In this document: positions 18,179-27,622 of the stretch, in pieces | How the letters are laid out: every line of letters begins with the position of its first letter | Position numbering within the stretch: position 1 is the first letter of the stretch | Source of the DNA: an uncultured Solibacteraceae bacterium | Lineage (GTDB): Bacteria > Acidobacteriota > Terriglobia > 20CM-2-55-15 | Length of the DNA stretch: 64,000 nt | Assembly (NCBI GenBank): GCA_964541075.1 | Contig: CAZIPZ010000001.1 | Location: 4,425-68,424 of the forward strand | Direction: 5' to 3' | The notes under the pieces: generated by a model | What the model was told of the DNA's origin: nothing | Seen by the model: only the letters and a program-made list of their open reading frames with translations | Databases searched by the model: none | Program-made: the position numbers and the translations under genes

Positions 18179-19204
18179 GTGGAACTTAGCGTGGAGCAAA
18201 AGAAAGAGCTCGAGATCGTCGAACGATTTCATATCGAATTAAAAAAGATCGACCACGAAATTCGGAAGGTGATCGTCGGCCAAAAGGAAGTTGTCGATCA
18301 GGTGATGATATCGATGCTGACGGGAGGGCACTCCATCATCACTGGAGTTCCTGGACTGGCCAAGACTCTTCTGATCGCCACCGTCGCCCAGGTGCTCCAT
18401 CTGAACTTCAAACGTATTCAGTTCACGCCTGATCTGATGCCGGCCGACATCACGGGCACGGAAATTATCGAAGAGGATCGCACGACCGGAAAGCGCATGC
18501 GCGTCTTCGTGAAGGGGCCGATTTTCGCGAACATTATTCTGGCGGACGAAATCAATCGAACGCCGCCGAAAACCCAATCAGCCCTTCTGGAAGCGATGCA
18601 AGAGGGGTCGGTATCCATTGAAGGAAACACTTATATTCTCGATAAGCCTTTCTACGTTCTGGCGACCCAGAACCCTATCGAATTGGAAGGAACGTATCCG
18701 CTCCCTGAAGCCCAATTGGATCGATTCATGTTCAACATTGTGATTGATTACCTTTCCGAGGATGAAGAGATACAGGTCGTCAGTCAGACCACATCAATCA
18801 GGTCCATTTCGTTCGAAAAGACGATCAGCGGTCCGGAGATCATTGAGTTTCAACAACTCGTTCGGCAGATGCCCGTGGCCGAGTCCGTCATGCGCTACGC
18901 CGTTCAATTGGCGAGAACCAGCCGCCCCGGTGCAGCAAGCCCACCTGACTTCGTTAAACAATATGTGAATTACGGCGCCAGCCTGCGGGCTTCCCAGTTC
19001 CTAATTCTTGGTGCAAAAGCTCGGGCGCTGATTCATGGACGTTACAACGTTGCCGTGGAAGACATTCAGGCGCTCGCCTATCCTGTGTTTCGCCATCGCA
19101 TCATCACGAATTTTCACGCGGAGTCGGAGGGTATCAAGTCTGAGGAAATTATCCGGAGGTTGATTGAATACGTTCCTGTTCCGAAATCCGGGATGAAGGA
19201 TTAA
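18179..19204 (+). CDS. MoxR-family AAA+ ATPase
   Basis: Walker A GVPGLAKT. Walker B and sensor ILADEINRTPPKTQSALLEAMQE. MoxR length, and sits upstream of a DUF58 gene. Confidence 0.92.
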   Translation: MELSVEQKKELEIVERFHIELKKIDHEIRKVIVGQKEVVDQVMISMLTGGHSIITGVPGLAKTLLIATVAQVLHLNFKRIQFTPDLMPADITGTEIIEEDRTTGKRMRVFVKGPIFANIILADEINRTPPKTQSALLEAMQEGSVSIEGNTYILDKPFYVLATQNPIELEGTYPLPEAQLDRFMFNIVIDYLSEDEEIQVVSQTTSIRSISFEKTISGPEIIEFQQLVRQMPVAESVMRYAVQLARTSRPGAASPPDFVKQYVNYGASLRASQFLILGAKARALIHGRYNVAVEDIQALAYPVFRHRIITNFHAESEGIKSEEIIRRLIEYVPVPKSGMKD

Positions 19205-19235
19205 GGGGTAAAGGAAGGACATTTTACACCCTACT

Positions 19236-20141
19236 ATGAGCACGGTTGAAAGGCCTTCGAATAGATTTATCGATCCAAAGGTTCTGATGAAGATCCAGAA
19301 CCTAGAGCTTGTCGCCCGTACGGTCGTTGAAGGCTTCGTTCAAGGACTGCACCGCTCGCCTTACCTCGGATTCAGCGTCGATTTCGCTGAATATAGGCAA
19401 TACATGCCTGGCGATGACCTGCGACGCATCGACTGGAACGTCTATGGCCGCTCCGACCGCCTCTATATCAAACTGTATGAGGGAGAAACCAATACTCGCG
19501 TTCTGATCCTGCTGGATATCAGTGGATCGATGAACTATGGCTCCGGCGAGGTCAGGAAGATCGACTACGCGCGGATTCTCGCAGCAACGCTGAGCTACTT
19601 TGCTTATCACCAGCGGGATGGAGTGGGTTTGCTCACTTTTGATACTGAGATTCGCGCGCACGTGCCTGCGAGCCGCCGTGCGGGCCAACTCCCGACGATT
19701 CTTGCCGAGATTGATCGTATTCAACCGTCTCAGCAGACGGAATTTCGCAAGCCGCTGAGGCATCTCGCGGAGTTTCTGACCCGCCGAGGCATGATTGTCG
19801 TCATTTCCGATTTGTACGATGAGCCCGACAGCATTATTTCCGGTCTGAAACAACTCAAGTCGAAGGGCAATGATCTGGTCGTTTTTCACGTCATGGATGA
19901 TTTCGAACTGACGTTCCCGTTTCAGGACACGGCGCAGTTTGAGGACCTGGAAACCAGAAAGAAGCTGCACGTCATTCCTGAGTATTTGCGCAAGCAGTAT
20001 CTGGAGATTCTGAACGACCACATGGATAAAGTCCGAAAGGGACTCACTGGGGCGCGTATCGACTATGTGTTGATGAATACCACAAGACCAATGGACGCAG
20101 GATTATTTGCCTATCTTGCAGCAAGAGCAAAAAGCCAATAG
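19236..20141 (+). CDS. DUF58 protein (vWA-like MoxR partner)
   Basis: DLRRIDWNVYGRSDRLYIKLYEGE motif and vWA-like LILLDISGSM. Canonical MoxR-DUF58 pairing. Confidence 0.88.
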   Translation: MSTVERPSNRFIDPKVLMKIQNLELVARTVVEGFVQGLHRSPYLGFSVDFAEYRQYMPGDDLRRIDWNVYGRSDRLYIKLYEGETNTRVLILLDISGSMNYGSGEVRKIDYARILAATLSYFAYHQRDGVGLLTFDTEIRAHVPASRRAGQLPTILAEIDRIQPSQQTEFRKPLRHLAEFLTRRGMIVVISDLYDEPDSIISGLKQLKSKGNDLVVFHVMDDFELTFPFQDTAQFEDLETRKKLHVIPEYLRKQYLEILNDHMDKVRKGLTGARIDYVLMNTTRPMDAGLFAYLAARAKSQ

Positions 20142-20219
20142 TCCAATGCCGAAACTAGTTGTCTGAGTTGAGATAGGCGCGACGAACGTGAACGCCCGAC
20201 ATCGCGCGACGACCAAATT

Positions 20220-22265
20220 ATGTCCTTTCTGAATCCATTCTTATTGTTCGGTGCGATCGCTCTGGCGATCCCGGTTCTGATCCACCTTGTCCGCAAGGAA
20301 AAGTCTGAGATCGTTCCATTCAGTTCGCTGATGTTCCTGCTCAAGGTGCCGAAGCGCGCAATCAGACAACAGAAGATCAAGAACCTTCTTTTGATGGCAT
20401 TACGACTCCTTATTCTCGCCTTGCTGGTCATGTCGTTTGCTCGACCTTATTTCACGCAAGAAACGGCAACGCCAGCCGCCGCAAATGAAATCCGCGGGAC
20501 CGTCTTGCTGTTGGATAACTCATACAGCATGCGGTACGGGACGAATTTCGACCGGCTCAAGAGTGAAGCCAAGAGGCGCATCGACGAAATGGGCGCCGGC
20601 GATCGAATGGCAATTGTCTCGTTTAACGAGAGCGCGACGATGTTGTCCATGCCGAGTTCAGACAAGAACGCGCTGAGAGCCGCGGTCGATACGCTGGAGC
20701 CGTCTTTTGGTTCGACGCGTTATTACGAAGCTTTCACTCTGGCCGATCGCGCCCTCACGGAGTTGGCAAGCACCGACAAGAAACTCGTCATCATTTCCGA
20801 TTTTCAGAAAAATGGTTGGAATCGCTCCGGCAGAGAAAACGTGATCGGCTCCGAAGTCAAAACAGAGTCCGTCAATCTCTCAGTCGAAAACTCGACGAAT
20901 GTAGGAATCGACAACGTGAGTGTGGATCCGACCAGCTTCACGCGAATTTATAGCGGGAGGGTGATCGCCCGCGTTCACAACTACCGCAAGGATCAGGGAG
21001 TGGACGTTCCTGTCTCCGTCAGTATCAACGGCCGCGAGGCCGGCCGTAAAACTGTCAACGTTCCGCCCGGCTCTACTGCGCTTGCGGAGTTCACGGGATT
21101 TGACCTTCCTTTGGGTTCTTCCAAAGGAGCGGTGAAGTTGCAGACAACCGATCCCCTCAAAGTGGATGATGAATTCCTTTTTACTCTCGATCGGAGAGAG
21201 AAGCTGAACGTGCTGATCCTGGATGCGGGGCGCGCCCGACAAAGCTTCTTCCTGAGGCAGGCCTACTCTTCTTCTGCAGAACTGCCATTTGAACTCAAGG
21301 TGATGTCCGCCCAGTCTGTCTCACCTGATGATGTTGTGAATTATCAGGTTGTGGTGCTGAACGACGTTCCTCGACTTCCGGATAAAGTGAAGGACAAACT
21401 GGAGGAACTCCGAAAGACAGGTCAGGGGCAGTTGATTATTCTTGGTGAGGGGACGGATGTCGGTTGGTGGAACTCCTTTCAGGCATTGCCGGTGAAGGTG
21501 GTTCAGAAGATTTTCGTGCCGAAGGACAGGGGACAGCCGGCTGTTTCCCTGACCAGCTACGATCGCAATCACGCGATCTTCAAACCTTTCGAACAGAGCA
21601 CAAAGCTCGTTCTGAACACTGCGCAGTTCTTCGCGTATGTCGAGATGCAACCGAAGGATGGTGCGGCGACGCTGGCGAAATATGAGAATGGCAATGCAGC
21701 AATCGTCGAATCCTCTCAGGAAAATCGAGGCATCCTCGTGTTCGACTCGACAGTGGATAACCGGTGGAACGACCTTCCCTTGAAGCCGTCATTTCTCCCG
21801 CTTTTCCATGAAATGGTGCGCTACCTCTCACGATACAGCGAAACCCGTGGATGGTACGCTATGGGCGAAGGAATTCCGGTGATGGGAGGCTTGGAAAGTG
21901 CAGCTGCGGCAGTCATCAATCCGAAAGGGGAGCGCCAGTCGCTGGGAGAACTTACGGTCGGGCAACAGCGGTTTTTTACGCCTGCGGATCCAGGATTCTA
22001 TGAGATTCGCGTCGGGCCGGATGCCAAGACGCTGGCTGTTAATGCACCGTCATCGGAAGGCGATCTGCAGTCAATGCCTCCCGAAGATCTTCTGGCCAGC
22101 GTTCAACGCACTCAGGGTGAAAGCCAGAGGGCCGGATTTTTTGGTCAGGACGAGCAAGAGGACTACGGGCGACGACAGATGGGGTGGTGGTATCTCCTAT
22201 TATTTGCTTTGTTGGCGGGTATCGCAGAGATATATATAGCCAACAGAGCGCATAAGGTGTCGTGA
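20220..22265 (+). CDS. BatA-like protein: aerotolerance-regulator N-terminal TM domain plus vWA domain plus C-terminal TM
   Basis: MSFLNPFLLFGAIALAIPVLIHL (BatA_N). MIDAS LLLDNSYSM. C-terminal WWYLLLFALLAGIAEIYIA anchor. Confidence 0.8.
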   Translation: MSFLNPFLLFGAIALAIPVLIHLVRKEKSEIVPFSSLMFLLKVPKRAIRQQKIKNLLLMALRLLILALLVMSFARPYFTQETATPAAANEIRGTVLLLDNSYSMRYGTNFDRLKSEAKRRIDEMGAGDRMAIVSFNESATMLSMPSSDKNALRAAVDTLEPSFGSTRYYEAFTLADRALTELASTDKKLVIISDFQKNGWNRSGRENVIGSEVKTESVNLSVENSTNVGIDNVSVDPTSFTRIYSGRVIARVHNYRKDQGVDVPVSVSINGREAGRKTVNVPPGSTALAEFTGFDLPLGSSKGAVKLQTTDPLKVDDEFLFTLDRREKLNVLILDAGRARQSFFLRQAYSSSAELPFELKVMSAQSVSPDDVVNYQVVVLNDVPRLPDKVKDKLEELRKTGQGQLIILGEGTDVGWWNSFQALPVKVVQKIFVPKDRGQPAVSLTSYDRNHAIFKPFEQSTKLVLNTAQFFAYVEMQPKDGAATLAKYENGNAAIVESSQENRGILVFDSTVDNRWNDLPLKPSFLPLFHEMVRYLSRYSETRGWYAMGEGIPVMGGLESAAAAVINPKGERQSLGELTVGQQRFFTPADPGFYEIRVGPDAKTLAVNAPSSEGDLQSMPPEDLLASVQRTQGESQRAGFFGQDEQEDYGRRQMGWWYLLLFALLAGIAEIYIANRAHKVS

Positions 22266-22341
22266 CAATAAAGAACAAACAGGCCTTGCTCGGGGACTTC
22301 CGGGTTTCCCGAATTGACTGCTTTACAGGACGGAGAGGCAA

Positions 22342-25300
22342 ATGAGACCAAACGATGAACTGCTTCAAAAGATCGGAATTGTAAGGAGTCGATGGAAGGC
22401 ATTCCTTTGGGCTCGTGGGCTTGCCTGGGTTCTCGGCGTTCTGGCCGGATGCGTCCTTGCAGCTGTTGCCATCGCCAATTCGCCGGAATTTCCAGGTTGG
22501 GCTGTTCTGGGTCTAAGAATCGGTTTGCTGGCCGCCGTTGTATTTACAATTGTCCGAGCCCTTGTCATTCCGTTGCGGCGCACCCCGAGCGACACCCAGC
22601 TAGCCCGGTTTGTGGAGGAGAAGAATCCCGGTCTCAAGGATCGTCTCGTCAGCGCTGTTGAAGCTGTAAAAAAGCCAGGAGCGGATCAGAGTCCCTTCGT
22701 TCACCTGCTGACGAAGGACGCGCTTGAACACACACGCCATGTGCGTTTCGCCGAGCAAGTGAACAAGCGCAAGTTCGGCGCATTCGCAACATTGAGCGGC
22801 TTTTTTGCTGTAGCTTTGGTGATTAGTCTTTATATCGCCTCTTTATTTTTTCCTATCGGCAGCGCCCGTCTGCTGGCTGGCCTGTTGAAGCCGCCGGATG
22901 TTGATACGTTTCAATTGAAGGTTGCTCCAGGAGATATCACCGTCCCTCGCGGAAGCGACGTGGTGATTCAAGCCGTAGCGAGCGGATTTGATCCTCAACG
23001 CGCACAGATCCAACTGCGCTATGCGAATGGGGATCAATGGGAAGCTTCGACAATGGAGATTACGCCGCAGACCCTTCCGACCTTCCGTCATACAGTGTTT
23101 AATTTGCAGGAATCGGTTCACTATTTCGTTGAAGCCGACGGACATAGATCGACGGAATTCACGATTGATGTGGCGGACCTCCCGCGGGTCGAGAAACTCG
23201 ACTACACATACACGTATCCCGCGTACGCGGGAATGGCGCCCAACAAACAGGAAAATGCGACGGACATGGTTGCGCTGCGAGGCACATCCGTAGAGGTTCA
23301 AGTCACGGCAAGTCAGGAGCTATCCGGAGGCCGCCTGGTGTTTTCAGATGGGAAGACGGTTCCTCTACAGCCCAATGGGGAAAAAATGGCAATGGGCAAG
23401 CTGGTTGTGGACCGTAGCGCCACTTTCAGAATCGAACTGACGAATAAGGACGGACAAAGATATCTGAGTCTCGAAGAGTACACGATGGATGCGCTGGACG
23501 ATCAGAAGCCAATCGTCGAGTTCACCAAGCCTGGAAGGGATTACAAGGCCACCAGCGTTGAGGAAGTCTTCACCGAACTGCGCGCTGAGGATGATTTTGG
23601 CGTCCATCAACTCGAGCTTTACTTTTCGGTAAATGGCGGCGCCGAGCAGAAGAAATCGCTCTTCAGCAACAAAGGTGAAGCTCCGAAGGAAATTTCAGGC
23701 GGGCACACGTTTTTCCTAGAGGAATACGACCTCAAGCCGGGCGACTTCATCACTTACTACGGCAAAGCTGTCGATTCACGCCAACCTTCAAATACTGTCT
23801 CGACGGACATCTACTTCGTTGAAGTGCGGCCATTCGGTCACGAGTACTACCAGGGGCAGCAAGGTGGAGGAGGCGGCGGCGGACAGCAGGATGATTCGAC
23901 GGAGGCGCTGTCCAAACGCCAAAAGGACATCATTGCAGCGACGTTCAAGCTCATGCGCGATAAAGACAAGTTCAAGACAAAGGAGTGGACTGACAACATT
24001 CATGCGGTCGGCGCCAGCCAGTCCAAACTTGCCGAACAGACTGAGACCTTAATGGCCCGCCTTGGACGCCGGGGCTTGACGGCGCAGAACAAGAAATTTA
24101 CAGATCTTTCAGAAAACCTCAAGCTTGCCATTGAACAGATGGGTCCGGCTTCGGAACAGTTGCAGAAAGAGCAGGCCGAGGCGGCCATGCCTTTCGAGCA
24201 GAAGGCGCTTCAATATCTCATGCGCGCTGAGGCCCTTTTCACAGAAATCCAGGTCACGATGGGACAGCAGGGCGGTGGAGGAGGAGGCGGCGGCCGTCAG
24301 AATGCCGAGGACCTTGCCGACCTGTTCGAACTCGAACTTGATCAGAGCAAGAACCAGTACGAAACGCTGCAGCGCGGCGAAATGTCGCAAAACCCTCAGG
24401 AACTCGAGGACTCGCTGCGAAAACTGAAAGAATTGGCCGAACGTCAACAAAAGTTGATGGAGCGCCGCGCTCAACAGCAAGCAAGCGGCGGCAGCGGCGG
24501 GGGCGGCGATCAATCACAGATGCAGGAACTGCAGCGTGAAACCGAGCGCTTAGCTCGCCAGCTCGAGAAGCTGTCTCGCGAGAATAACAATCGTCAAATG
24601 GCGGATGTGAGCCGTGCGCTGCAACAGGCTGCTCGCAACATGCAACAGCAGGCGCAGGGCGGCAGCGGTAATTCTCAGCAGCAGCAACAGGCCGCCCAGC
24701 AAGCGATGGAGCAACTGCAGCGCGCCCAACGACTTCTCAATCAGGGACGGGGCGGCAATGTTGATGAACGCATGGCTCAGCTGCAGCAACAGATGAAAAA
24801 TCTGAAGGAGAAGCAGGGCCGAATCGCCGATCAGACTGAAAAGCTCGCAAGTCAGGAGAAGCCCGGGCCGCAGCCCAGCCCTGAAGGCAAGGAAAAGATA
24901 GATGAAATAGGGCAGCAGAAGCAGCAGGTCGCGTCCGAACTCAAGAACATGACCGAGGAACTTGATTCACTCGGAAATAATCCTGAAAATCGTGATGCTG
25001 CCAATAAGGCTAGAAGCGCTGCCAACGCAATCAAGTCTAGCCGGCTGCAAGACAAGATGAGCCAAAGTGGACAGTTTCTGGAAAACGGTTTCTACAACTA
25101 CGCGTCCCGAGCTGAGCGCGATATCGAGAAGACGCTGGGCGACATTGAGAAACAGATCAATCAGGCCGCTTCTGCCGCCAACGATTCCGACGAAAAGCGA
25201 ACCCAAAACGCGTTGAACCAGACCAGCGAGACGATCCGACGCCTGGAGTCGATGCAGCGACGGCTGCAGCAGTACAACCAGCAAAACAATCAGCAAAACA

Positions 25301-25926
25301 ATCAGCAAAACAATCAGCAAAACAATCAGCAAAACAATCAGCAGGACAATCAACAGGGTCAGAACCAACAGGGCCAGCAGGCCCAGGGCAACCAACAAGG
25401 GCAACGTCCTTCTCAGCAAGGCCAGCCTGGTCAACAGCAAGCCCAGGACGGGCAGCAGGGACAGCCGGGTCAATCCGGAAACGGGCAGGAGAATGCCAGG
25501 GGCCAGCAGGTTGGTCGGAATGGATTCCCATATGGCGGCGCCCGCGCGGGAGTCGAAGCGGGGCAAGGTCCTGACGTCAACGATGCACGGCAATGGCAGC
25601 GCGAATGGGAAGAGCGACTGCGGGAAATCCAGGAGATCCGACAAGCTGTGGGCAAAGATAAGGAACTTGCGGCGGACCTCGACCGAATTATGAACGCTGT
25701 TAGAGGCCAAATGCGCGGTCGGCCAGGAAATCCGGAAGAAATCCAAAGGCTGGCTCAGCAGATTATCGACCCGTTCCGATCGGTTGAACTTGAATTGAGC
25801 CGGGAGCTTCAGCTCTTGATGGCGAAGGAAAATATTCGGTCGGCGCAGGAAGAAGAAATTCCCGAGAGATACAAGAAGCTGGTCGAGGAATATTACAAGC
25901 GTCTGTCGAGTCAGAAGCCGCAATAA
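22342..25926 (+). CDS. Large (1194 aa) membrane-anchored protein with Q/G-rich low-complexity coiled-coil region, last gene of MoxR-vWA cluster
   Basis: Two or three N-terminal TM helices. Poly-Gly tracts (GGGGGGGQQ twice). Long Q/E-rich coiled-coil segments. The QQNNQ tandem repeat falls inside it. Possibly BatD/DUF4175-like, which I cannot verify. Confidence 0.6.
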   Translation: MRPNDELLQKIGIVRSRWKAFLWARGLAWVLGVLAGCVLAAVAIANSPEFPGWAVLGLRIGLLAAVVFTIVRALVIPLRRTPSDTQLARFVEEKNPGLKDRLVSAVEAVKKPGADQSPFVHLLTKDALEHTRHVRFAEQVNKRKFGAFATLSGFFAVALVISLYIASLFFPIGSARLLAGLLKPPDVDTFQLKVAPGDITVPRGSDVVIQAVASGFDPQRAQIQLRYANGDQWEASTMEITPQTLPTFRHTVFNLQESVHYFVEADGHRSTEFTIDVADLPRVEKLDYTYTYPAYAGMAPNKQENATDMVALRGTSVEVQVTASQELSGGRLVFSDGKTVPLQPNGEKMAMGKLVVDRSATFRIELTNKDGQRYLSLEEYTMDALDDQKPIVEFTKPGRDYKATSVEEVFTELRAEDDFGVHQLELYFSVNGGAEQKKSLFSNKGEAPKEISGGHTFFLEEYDLKPGDFITYYGKAVDSRQPSNTVSTDIYFVEVRPFGHEYYQGQQGGGGGGGQQDDSTEALSKRQKDIIAATFKLMRDKDKFKTKEWTDNIHAVGASQSKLAEQTETLMARLGRRGLTAQNKKFTDLSENLKLAIEQMGPASEQLQKEQAEAAMPFEQKALQYLMRAEALFTEIQVTMGQQGGGGGGGGRQNAEDLADLFELELDQSKNQYETLQRGEMSQNPQELEDSLRKLKELAERQQKLMERRAQQQASGGSGGGGDQSQMQELQRETERLARQLEKLSRENNNRQMADVSRALQQAARNMQQQAQGGSGNSQQQQQAAQQAMEQLQRAQRLLNQGRGGNVDERMAQLQQQMKNLKEKQGRIADQTEKLASQEKPGPQPSPEGKEKIDEIGQQKQQVASELKNMTEELDSLGNNPENRDAANKARSAANAIKSSRLQDKMSQSGQFLENGFYNYASRAERDIEKTLGDIEKQINQAASAANDSDEKRTQNALNQTSETIRRLESMQRRLQQYNQQNNQQNNQQNNQQNNQQNNQQDNQQGQNQQGQQAQGNQQGQRPSQQGQPGQQQAQDGQQGQPGQSGNGQENARGQQVGRNGFPYGGARAGVEAGQGPDVNDARQWQREWEERLREIQEIRQAVGKDKELAADLDRIMNAVRGQMRGRPGNPEEIQRLAQQIIDPFRSVELELSRELQLLMAKENIRSAQEEEIPERYKKLVEEYYKRLSSQKPQ
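25279..25350 (+). repeat. In-frame 12-bp tandem repeat (CAGCAAAACAAT x5 perfect plus degenerate flanking copies) encoding (QQNN)n
   Basis: Read directly from the sequence at 25279-25338 (perfect copies) and 25339-25350 (degenerate copy). Lies inside the 1194-aa ORF. Confidence 0.9.
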
Positions 25927-25933
25927 TTAGGAC

Positions 25934-25958
25934 GCTCCCCTTCATTGCGGAGGGGAGC
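25934..25958. terminator. GC-rich hairpin (GCTCCCCT ... AGGGGAGC) between convergent genes
   Basis: 8-bp perfect stem and 9-nt loop in the 37-bp gap between the big-protein stop and the glyA stop. A likely bidirectional terminator, but no strong U-tract. Confidence 0.4.
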
Positions 25959-25963
25959 ACACC

Positions 25964-27208
25964 CTAATACAGTGGGAATTTTTCGCAGAGGTTTTCTACT
26001 TCTCGCTTCACTCGCTTTTGAACGTTCTCATCCTGAATTGCATCGAGTACGTCCGCAACCCAGTCTCCAATAGCTTCCATCTCCCCTTCCTTCATGCCGC
26101 GCGTGGTTAAAGCGGGCGTTCCCAGGCGGATGCCGCTAGGCGTCATGGGAGAGTTGACGTCGAATGGAATCGTATTCTTGTTCACCGTGATTCCGGCTTT
26201 GTCCAGTGCTTGCTCGGCTTCTTTGCCGTTGATGCCCTTTGAAAAGACATCGACCAGCATCAGATGAGTGTCCGTACCGCCCGAGACGATCCGAAATCCT
26301 CGATCTGCGATCCTGGCCGCCAGCGCTTTGGCGTTCCTGACAACTTGGCGAATATAAGAGCGAAACTCATCACTCCCGGCTTCTTTGAAGCAAACCGCCT
26401 TTGCTGCGATAACGTGTTCCAACGGTCCGCCTTGCATTTCAGGAAAAACGGAACGATTGAGGTCCTTCGCGAAAGACTCGCGGCACATGATCATGCCGCT
26501 CCGCGGCCCCCGGAGCGTCTTGTGGGTGGTGCTTGTCACAAACTCGGCATGACTCACAGGCGACGGATGTTCGCCGGCCGCAACCAGGCCTGCTATGTGT
26601 GCAATATCCACCATCATCAGAGCGCCAGTTTCCTTCGCGATCTTCGCGATGCGCGGAAAGTCGATGATCCGCGGGTACGCGCTGGCGCCGGCCACGATGA
26701 GCCGCGGCTTATGCTGATTCGCGAGTTTGGACAATTCCTCATAGTCAATTACTTCAGAATCCTTGTGTACTCCGTACGGCACAATGCGATAGTACTTTCC
26801 GGAGAAGTTGAGCGGATGGCCGTGAGTGAGATGTCCCCCATGAGAAAGATTCATGCCCAGGACGGTATCGCCTGGCTTGAGAAGAGTAAGGTAGACAGCC
26901 ATGTTCGCCTGGCTTCCCGAATGAGGTTGAACATTCACATGTTCGGCGCCAAAGAGTTTCTTGGCTCGCTCGATCGCGAGGCTTTCCACGACGTCAACGA
27001 ACTCGCAACCGCCGTAGTACCTGCGACCTGGGTACCCCTCGGCATACTTGTTCGTAAGCACCGAACCTGTAGCTTCAAGAACTGCTTTGTAAGTGAAATT
27101 TTCCGAGGCGATGAGTTCCAGTCCGGTTGATTGGCGGCGCTCTTCGTTTTTGATGGCAGCTGCAATTTCAGGATCTAAATCTTTAAGCGGCGCATTAAGG
27201 CGGTCCAT
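25964..27208 (-). CDS. glyA: Serine hydroxymethyltransferase
   Basis: [38 protein letters not shown] and the PLP-Lys region [14 protein letters not shown]. Confidence 0.95.
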   Translation of the reverse strand: MDRLNAPLKDLDPEIAAAIKNEERRQSTGLELIASENFTYKAVLEATGSVLTNKYAEGYPGRRYYGGCEFVDVVESLAIERAKKLFGAEHVNVQPHSGSQANMAVYLTLLKPGDTVLGMNLSHGGHLTHGHPLNFSGKYYRIVPYGVHKDSEVIDYEELSKLANQHKPRLIVAGASAYPRIIDFPRIAKIAKETGALMMVDIAHIAGLVAAGEHPSPVSHAEFVTSTTHKTLRGPRSGMIMCRESFAKDLNRSVFPEMQGGPLEHVIAAKAVCFKEAGSDEFRSYIRQVVRNAKALAARIADRGFRIVSGGTDTHLMLVDVFSKGINGKEAEQALDKAGITVNKNTIPFDVNSPMTPSGIRLGTPALTTRGMKEGEMEAIGDWVADVLDAIQDENVQKRVKREVENLCEKFPLY

Positions 27209-27271
27209 CGATCCCTCCCGAGGAGCTTGGGAAAAAATTCACTCTACCACGCTGTGTTATAATCCCGCACC

Positions 27272-27622
27272 ATGTTTGGCCTGAACGGCAGACAGCTCTT
27301 CATTCTTCTGCTGTTTGTCGCCCTGCTGTTCGCGGGCTCGCAGTACATCCCGCCCTATTTCAATGCATTCCAGTTCAATGATTTCGTTCGGCAGGAAGTG
27401 AAGTATGCCGTCAGCGCACGCAAGACCACGGATGATGTTCGAAATGCAATCGTCAAGAAGGCGGCGGAGTTGAATCTTCCCATCACTCCGAAGGATGTTC
27501 GCATCATACGCCGTGGGCCTTCATTTACAGTTGAGCTGGAATACCGCGTGCCCGTCGATATTAAGGTCTACAAACAAGACCTGGTTTTCCGCGCGTCCGA
27601 GTCCGGAGAAGTCTTTGAATAA
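27272..27622 (+). CDS. Hypothetical small membrane protein (116 aa)
   Basis: Single N-terminal TM helix. Stop overlaps the moeA start. Confidence 0.45.
   Translation: MFGLNGRQLFILLLFVALLFAGSQYIPPYFNAFQFNDFVRQEVKYAVSARKTTDDVRNAIVKKAAELNLPITPKDVRIIRRGPSFTVELEYRVPVDIKVYKQDLVFRASESGEVFE

Noticed and set aside
22988-25923. Long antisense ORFs within the 1194-aa gene (e.g. 24967..25923 -, 318 aa)
   Set aside because: Produced by antisense reading of the Q-rich repeat region (CAG/CAA reads as CTG/TTG, giving Leu-rich text). No independent support.
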